The notes under the pieces were generated by a model, which saw only the letters and a program-made list of their open reading frames with translations, was not told the DNA's origin and did no database searches. A stretch of 56,385 nt of DNA, counting the filler, from Sphacelaria rigidula (Eukaryota), in assembly GCA_964200075.2 (NCBI GenBank). It is 7 parts of 7 records of this genome, joined end to end, with 100 filler letters (N's around TTAATTAATTAA, not from the genome) between each part and the next. Parts side by side here need not be neighbours in the genome. Positions count along the whole stretch, not along the records: positions 48,418 to 56,385 come from CAXNAA020012806.1; 6 more parts are not named here. The stretch is one strand, 5' to 3'. A program made the translations under genes and the position numbers. Positions 48,418-56,385 of the stretch are shown here, piece after piece; the first letter of the stretch is position 1; every line of letters starts with the position of its first letter.

Positions 48418-49710
48418 GCGTACGCTGTGCATATACGTCCATGTTGGCCAACGCAGTACACCTTACGATTGCACTTGCATGCCTCCTTTGAATGATGCGC
48501 CTTGCAGGAAACACCGGCAGCTGATGGCAAGCGAACGCTGTAGTCCCCGCCATCTGGCCAGAAAACATTGCAGAGTGCATCAAACGCTTCGATAACACCG
48601 TCATCGTTCAAAAGGTTATCGTGGAACTGGATGCACGGCTTCCCATTAATTTCGCAGTCGTATACCTCCGCATAGAAAGCCCCATCGCCTGTCTCCTTCG
48701 GGCCTTTGAGCTTCGCTAGCTCCTACAGCGACAGAGAAGATTGTTCCACACGCATCCACAGCGGTTGCCGCAATGCGACTTCCCGCTTTTGTCTAATGTA
48801 CTTCTTGCGGCTGTCCAACTACATCAGGCCTCTCGTGGCCGTCAGTGTAATACGATTGACTGTGCCTCTCGTACGTACACCCCAACTTTGTCACCCATGA
48901 GTGGACCGTGGACGTCGGGATGTGGAGTGTCGAATGACACCGGTCCAGCTTCAACATCCCTCCTTCTCCCTTAAAGAGGCCGCCATTGACGTATCGATGG
49001 ACCGCATTGATCGTGACCTGCTTCTGCGACTTGAGCCACCGTAAGAGCTTCAGCTTCAGATTATCCTCGGACAATATCCACTCCCTCTCGTACACACCCC
49101 TTCCGCCGCGCTTGAGGTACCCCTTAACTATCTTTCACTGATACGCCCACTTCAGACGTCATAGGCTTGATGCCATTGAGGTGGGAACACATCACCACGT
49201 CCGCCGCGATCTTCAAGAGAGAGGATGCATGGCGAAGTACTTGCGCATCTGACATAAGGCTGTGCACGCGGCTATCGCCATCCTCACGGCAGTTTTTGTT
49301 GCGGGGGTGCCTCCTTCACAAATACGTTTGGCCTGCCCCGAGTATTTCAGGACTTGTTCGTTACGCTGACCTTGTGTCTTGAGCATTTCCATTGTTGTAT
49401 ACGCTTGGATGGCCACACGTAACATCTGCCCGTCCGACAGGGACGCAGACACGCTACGCTCCAGCTCTGCTGCGTTTGGAACTTCTGGGGACACGTCCTG
49501 GTCGGGCAGGAGAAGCACATGTAGACAGCCGAGCATGTTCTCCCCGAGGCGGTGATTTAATGAGTCGAGGTGTTGATTGCTCGTCTTCAGCCCCGTGATC
49601 CGTGGATCAAGGTAGAAACAACGCCTGCTAAACCTGCTGGGAGTTCTGTCATCCCTCCTCCGCCAACCTCGTTCCAGGCATCTTTGCTCTCGGCTGGAAA
49701 GCGCCACCGA
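48418..49710 (-). pseudogene. Degenerate DDE transposase of the 'DGHER' family (probably IS630-Tc1-mariner related)
   Basis: STVHSWVTKLGCTY...SYYTDGHERPDVV (HTH end plus the DGHE motif), followed by the frameshifted CKCNRKVYCVGQ just before the expected first catalytic Asp. It is truncated by the contig edge. Confidence 0.7.
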
Positions 49711-52700
49711 TGCAGCGCAAATCGTGCAAGTGATTTGATGTTCTTCCGGGCGTGGCCGCTTAAGTCTTCTGTTCGACGCAGTTCAGTTGAGCGAGGCTCT
49801 TCAGCGATTTCTCTGTGGGATGTGGCGAGCGAGGGGGAATGCGCCGCGGTGGGTTACACAACAGCGCTACCGATGCATGTCGACGTACATGTAACGCCAG
49901 GCCTTCAATGAAGGTTGTAAGCGGTGGACGCCAGCCATTACAGAGTGACAGACTGTGACTCAAGGAGGAGTGAGGCAGCTGTCATACCGTGCGGACGGTA
50001 TGGTGCACGCCCTGCAACGCGTCGTATGCGATAGTGAACGACGCCATCTGCAGAACAGCACGTCCGACGAAAACACTCACCGTACCTGAAGCGTGTTGAA
50101 GATGCAGGAAGCAGCAGCAGCACGCGCAGCAGAAGAAACAAACGCACGACCTGTGATGACTTGCCTCCGCGAATCTCAGGTTCCCTACAAGGGGTGGTCG
50201 TCGTCACCCGTCGCACGCGATCATTAGTGGACTGACCCTTCCTTCCCTCTTCCCAGGATAACCTTCACTCCTCAGCCGCTGCCTCGGCATCCTCACGTTC
50301 ATCGAACCCCCGCGACACTTTCCGTGCAGGCTTCTTCCCTTTTGCTGGCGTATATCAGATACCTACACGATACGATCCTCTGCTCCTGCCCTCTGTTGGA
50401 AATATTGTGGCTCGTGGCGTTTGGTACTGTTCTCGAAACAGACCGACTACTGTCGCGGAAAGAGTAGTTTAGCAGAGGTTACACAGTAGTAGTCAAATTA
50501 CTTGCTTCTGCAGCAGACAGAAAGTCCAAAGACAAAAATGGTGTTTGGGGCTCTTCACTCCGGCCAAACAAAGTCAAGGCAGCCTCTTCTGCAAGCAGAG
50601 TGCTGAGGAAATGAAGAAGAGCTGGGTAAGCTTGGTAATCTTGGAGTGATTGCAAGGGCGATAGACCACCGCTTACAACCATGTTCAATCCTGGAAGAAG
50701 AATCCAATACTCTACACGTACGTAGTAAGGTCTAATTGTATCATTCAATTCAACCTCGCTATTGCTGACGCGGTAGCCTTGCTAGCTGGGATTAACTGCA
50801 AAGTTGCACACAAGATATCCTGTAGCTTACATGGCCTAAATACTCTGCCAGAGTATTTTTCATTGACAAATCATGGCAACACGCCTACTGTAGCAGTATC
50901 CTACCTGAAACGTCATTCACACAGGTAGATTATGAATCAAAACAAAAGAGGTACTCTCCGTGAAAAGGATACCCATGAAACGGTCTTACGTGGTTCGTTG
51001 ATTCGTTGAAACGCAACAGATTGTACCGCTATCTTTTGTTGCAACAACTTCATTCAAACAAAATGAATATAGACTACATTGTCTAGATTTTTCCAACTCC
51101 CTCAGTCACACGAGGTGTAGAACTCTTCCTCCATTGCCTTTCAGCCGCGGGAGAACTACTTGCCTGTGTTCCTTCTTCGAGTCCATGGTGTTTACCCGAG
51201 GGGCGATGTTGCTGTTGAGCGAGTCCCCCGTGGAATGTGACCATGAATTGGATTTCGTCGTCGTGAATTACAGTCTTTTTGGATGAAGCTGCAGGGAAGC
51301 AGCCGTCGTTCCGTCCGGGGCAAATTCTCGTATACCGAAACACGTCATATGCAGACTAAGTAACCTCTTGTTTGAGGCTATCCCACATGTCATCATCGGA
51401 AGGGTGATGTCTTGCATCATATTTCAGCAGCAGGAAGGAGCAGCCGCAACAGCGACAGATGCACCCCTATATACGGCGCTGCGCAACAGCACGTCTAGTA
51501 CCACTCACTGGTGAAAATACTTCTTACATTCATTCGCAAACTGCAAAAGACAGGCGAAGCGTGCGACTACACGACCCGCAACTACCGTACAGGCAATACC
51601 ACCTTCGTTGTGCAAATATCTGTACGGCACTTGCTGACGGGCACCGTTTCAAACATAAGTTGAAACGGCAGTGAAGCAGCAGTTACTGCGCACTGCATGT
51701 CATCCGATGAACCTTTTGCTAACCATGATCGATATTCCTCGTAGAATATCACCTGAGGCGATAAGATGTGACCCGACCGCAACTGCTGCCACGGAGAGGG
51801 TGGTTTCTAACGTCATATGCGTAGTGCAGAATGTAGCAGTAGCAACAGCGGGAACAACATACGGCCTTCAAAGACTCACCCAAGGGAACGACTGATTGCT
51901 CGTGAGCTGAACTCGTGATTTCTTTTTTGGAAGTTGCCATGAGTGGCCCGATCCCTCCTTCCTTTCTCCCAATTTGACCTTCACCCCTCGGCAGCTTCTT
52001 CCGCTCGCTGTCGTGTTTCAAAACGCGGAGATTTCTTCCGCTCTAGCCTTTCGCCCTTTGTTGGTGTGAACCTGGGCGAAAGACGATACTTTCTAGACTC
52101 TCTCTCTACATGAACAGTGGATGCAGTAGTCTTCGACCATAGTCGTCCGCTAGAGGAAGAGCTGGGCGGCGTGTTCTCGTTGTTCACATCCATCGTTGCG
52201 TAGTGCCAGCTTGTGCGGCAGCTGTGGCCACTTGTTCCTCAAAATTCTAATTCCACCGCATTTTTGTCCGCAGAATACAGCATCCGACGGTTTCAGATTC
52301 GTCTTTTTCTTCTCCAACGCAAGCAACCTAACTCTAGAGTAGGATTGTGGGGATCGAAAAGAAGGCATGAACGCAAGCAGTAGAACATATGGACATCTGC
52401 TCCTTGATCAAGCGGTTCATTTGTTATGCAGATCACGGCTTGATTCGTTTCCGGTGATGAGATATTGCTGTGACAGCCGAGCTGCTCAAGTCCGCTTCTC
52501 GGCTAGCCCAGCTCTTACGATTTGGGAAGGAATGTAATTATGTCGTACGGAGGACCAAGCGTACGACGAAGATCGTGGGCACGGTAAGGAGAATTCATAC
52601 TTACTCGACAATAAAACGTTGCTGCGGCACTCGTATCATTCCAAGATTGATGGCACAAAGAAGGGTCAAATGTACCGAACAGAGGTCGATCCCTCGCAGG

Positions 52701-53094
52701 TCGCAGCCGATTTTTCGAAGTAGTCGACGTCCCTAAAGCTACCCGCCAATGCAGCGAGCAGCCACCGCTGTGAGGAGAATGAGCACATTGCAAGGTTTGC
52801 AGATATCGTTGAAATCGGTTGAATCGTAGCACAAGAAGAGTTTCTGCTGTTTTGCGTGAAGAACGGTGCATTCGCCATCGATAGTTCATGGCAAGTGGTA
52901 CGATAGGCGTGTCAGAGAGGGGAAACAGGTGAAGCGCGGTAGCCTGGACAATGTTAACGGTTGGAAGGTCGACGGCACATTATGAAAAGTTGAAGTTGTG
53001 AAATACGGTATACCTGGTGGCTCTTATTTCACCGACCTGCGGGCGAACGGCTCTTGTTCAGCGCGTCCGGTGTTCCCAAACACGAATTTCATGG

Positions 53095-53307
53095 TTGTAA
53101 TGCGTGAGAGGACCGCGTGCTTAGAGGACCGCGCCGTAGCTCAAAACACCTGAGGATCGACGTTCTTCAAACCCAATTGGGTCAGTCCCTGGAGGTACCA
53201 CGCCCCTGACCATAATCCTAACCCTGACCCTAACCATAGCCCTAACCCCAGGTATGTTCAAATTCCGATGCGGTCCTCTAAGCACGCGGTCCTCTCACGC
53301 AATACAA
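53095..53307. mobile_element. MITE with a 38-bp TIR and internal telomere-like (CCCTAA) repeats
   Basis: TTGTAATGCGTGAGAGGACCGCGTGCTTAGAGGACCGC pairs with GCGGTCCTCTAAGCACGCGGTCCTCTCACGCAATACAA. The interior contains CCTAACCCTGACCCTAACCATAGCCCTAACCC. Confidence 0.85.
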
Positions 53308-55088
53308 TGTTGTCCCCATTTGAAAGCCCTGACGTGGGAAGTTGAGCACGTTGAGCGGATCCGACCATTTTATGAGAAAATAATCGGAAGTAACTCGGGA
53401 TGCATGTGGTAGGGGGGCGAGGCGGGAAAACTTGAACCATTTATTTATTTTTGGCACTCTCAAATTACGGAATGCACATGGAACGTTCTTGCATAAGCCG
53501 CGGCGTACCCGCCTCCACCCGCTCCATGCATCTCACTCCATCTTGCCCAGCTCGTTGTCGAGTAGAGTAGTCTTCCATCGCGGTCTTGCTCCATTTTCGT
53601 ACTTGTTCTGACGTGGCGGGCTTTTAACGACCCACCATGTCCTGATGGACATTGGTGTCTATCGTGTCTGAAGCGCAGCAGCAGCACCTATTCGAGAACC
53701 AGTAGCACATCCTTCTCTAATGTGTCGTATTTGCATCCATCTGTTGCAAAGGTGAAATAGAGCTTCTGCATCACTGTTGTGCTCTCCTTCAGCGAGGAGC
53801 AGCCGCAAAAGCTCCGACACTACTGCAGCTCAGCGGTACTCTCGATGATGACTGTGACTTCGCTGCGGGCGACACCGCCCCCATGTGTAATAAATGCAGA
53901 CGTTCATAAAACCAACTGCCCATTTCTAAACACCTGCCCGTTAAACCCGATACTGTAGGAGAAAATCAATAAATTATCCCTTGATCCGCCAGGGTGATGT
54001 CGTTCGTTTTATGGGCAGTTGAACCCGGGATGCGATATCGGACACCGATGCCTCACCTTGAAGATCAAGAGACACAGAAACCAATTACATCTCGAGGTGA
54101 CTCGGACACGGATGCATGTCGATTGCCGGAATTACTCGGCTGTACCTCTTCTGCAGTTTCATTTTGAAACTGTTTCAAAGGAATATGTATGGTTAAGCAC
54201 AAGACAAGCGAGACCACGCAACACAGATCCCTTGACACACCAGATGCATTTCCCGTCGGCCTTTTGAGCTCGGACAATAGGTCGATACGTGAATCTGGCT
54301 GGCAACTTCAAGAAAACCATGGTGTCATGGTACTATTCAGCAGATGGACACGCCTGGGTAATCTGCTGTCGTTCATGTTGTCTCATGGGAGAAGAGGCCG
54401 TAGTGACCTCTCTATGGCGACGATACGTTTAGTACCGTGTTGGGCGAATGGTATGTAACCCTGCTCGAAGAGCCGTTGGAAATACACAGGGACCGCTCCA
54501 AATAAACCCTGAATGTGGAGTGAGGAGAGTGGGTTTCATGCTCCCGCCGTAGTGGTGTAGTATTGGAGGTGTGCGGTGTACACGCCAATAGCTTTTACCT
54601 CGATCTGGGTGTCGTAATGTTCGGAAGCTATCAACTCGAAATAGACGTGGAGTCAATTCCACATAGGTGTTGAGCTGTTATTGAGCTTCCACAGGGGAAG
54701 CGAAGCGTTTCTCCGCAGTACGGGTGATTGGCACCGACCAGCCTGCACTGGATCTATTTTTCATACACGCTGTTCGACGATCGGAGAACGCCACCCGAGG
54801 CATGTACTTTTTACAAGTGAAAGTGATGCCAATCCCACCAATGGCCTCCCGTGGCGGCCAACCGGCTGGCTTGGTTCAACAGCATTGCAGCGGTGGGCAC
54901 CGTGTTCTTGTGTTTCATTCGCTCAAAACGCCTCATTTAACCGCCGAGTTCCTGTCTACTGGCGCTTTCCAGGCTATATCGCCCCTTTCCCCCCACCCCT
55001 GTCAGTATCATCACAGCTCCACCAACAATCAGCAACACTACCTTTCATACAAACCGGCAGAGGTCTCTACTGTTCATCGAGTACAACA

Positions 55089-55191
55089 ATGCGAGCAGTA
55101 ATCAAGTTGCTTGTCCTCCTCGCGGTGGTGGCTGCACCGACGGCCTTCGCTGGGAGCGTCAGGGCCGTCGACCACTACGAGAAATCGGGCT
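55089..55191 (+). CDS. First coding exon of a secreted protein (signal peptide), possibly WSC-domain
   Basis: ACAACAATG start context, then MRAVIKLLVLLAVVAAPTAFA-GSVRAVDHYEKSG, then a |GTAAGT donor. Downstream exons were not found. Confidence 0.6.
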
Positions 55192-56385
55192 GTAAGTAAC
55201 TGTTGTTCCGGAGATTTCCCCCTTTTGGTATTGTGCAATCCTTTCAAATCATAGGACGGAACTGTGATAGCTACCAGAAGTGGTCGGCTGTACGATATAT
55301 TCTACGCCTCATGCACATGAATTTACGGTTCTCTCCCGACATTCGATCATTTCGCGACAAGGCCATCAGCAATCTTCGCCTCAATGATATCGGTGTGATT
55401 AAACCAAGGAAAAGGATCTCCACGCGTGAAACGTGGATGCGTATGAAATTCCCGAATTCAAAGATGTAAGGTCAACGCTGAGCCTAAACGAAGGACTCGG
55501 GGCCAAAGGGTGTGGAATAGTCTTATCGACAAGCTACATGTCTCTCTAATAAGGGTAACTAACAAGGATACTGGGGTCACAAGGTGAAAACCATACAATC
55601 GACAAGGCTGCAGACCTACACGGATCACCTCCTCAGCGCTCTCCTGTGAGCAACGTTTGGCCCTTCACAACCTCAGGACAGCATAGCTATACTGGTTTGT
55701 ACACGTGCAAAGGAACAGCACACCTTCATACAACATGAACAAAATCTACAAGGGGCAACACTTGGGGTAAGAGTCCGGTCGTCGCAGCAGGAAGTACGAT
55801 GACAAGCACCAGGAAAAGGTCCACGGCATATGACTCGTTGTTGATATTACGGGGAAGCACGCCAACGCTGCCTCGCCATCATAAGACCTGCTGTTGCGTG
55901 AAAGTGCCGTCCGTGGTGCAGTTCGTGTCCGAATGTCAATTTTTGCTGTTTATGTTTTCTATTCGCCTTGTCCCAGTGTTTGACGCACGGAAGTCTCCAT
56001 GCCAACGCTACCCACGACGAAGTGATGAGAAGTGTGTGTACTGCCGCCTTTTCCCATACTGCAGGCCAAAGACGAGAGTCACAGCTTTGGCAGAAGCGTT
56101 GATGAAGGCAGCAAATCTTTTAGGTGGTGATTCCCCAGAACCTCACTCGTTTGATCATCGCATACTTAGTATCATCAGGAGTGCTCGGCTAGCTGCCGAA
56201 TGACTCGCTGATAGTAATCTGCATTCCTGTATGTCGAGTGGTTCTTTGCTTTGGGCACGTTCAAATCGTTACCAGAATTCCCTTTTTATCGTGGTAACAC
56301 CATGAACGCCAAGTGAATCGGTCGTGGACTGTGTCACCGTGTTCGTAAGTGCATAATATAAACGGTTGGCGCAACACCTTTCTGG

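Noticed and set aside
50479..52890. Decayed minus-strand coding-like region (possible TE or protease remnant)
   Set aside because: It has many stops and no diagnostic motif that I can name.
1..56385. Endogenous giant-virus insertion or prokaryotic defence system
   Set aside because: There are no dense intronless ORFs and no hallmark viral or bacterial proteins.

Overview
This is eukaryotic, repeat-rich genomic DNA. Its long introns, spliced short exons, an ASAF-type bipartite plastid signal and its TE content are consistent with a stramenopile, probably a brown alga (inference). The window is not contiguous: seven unrelated contigs of 7970, 7970, 7970, 7969, 7969, 7969 and 7968 bp are joined by artificial 100-bp linkers (44N-TTAATTAATTAA-44N). 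Almost all listed ORFs are spurious. Reading splice sites and phases by hand gave three multi-exon gene models: (1) a complete 222-aa minus-strand protein with a plastid-type leader and an STI1/DP-like C-terminus (17792-22293); (2) six consecutive in-phase exons of an SMPD4 (neutral sphingomyelinase-3)-like gene (26125-29828, minus); (3) a complete 160-aa four-transmembrane protein with a C-terminal PPxY motif (32559-38358). There are also a signal-peptide first exon (55089) and an orphan exon (14381). The rest is TE-derived: two Copia remnants, a degenerate MULE transposase, a degenerate DGHER-type DDE transposase, two tRNA-derived SINE families, TA-targeting and TTAA-targeting MITEs, a MITE with telomere-like repeats, and micro- and minisatellites. 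I found no CRISPR array or prokaryotic system. Family assignments come from remembered motifs, not database searches.
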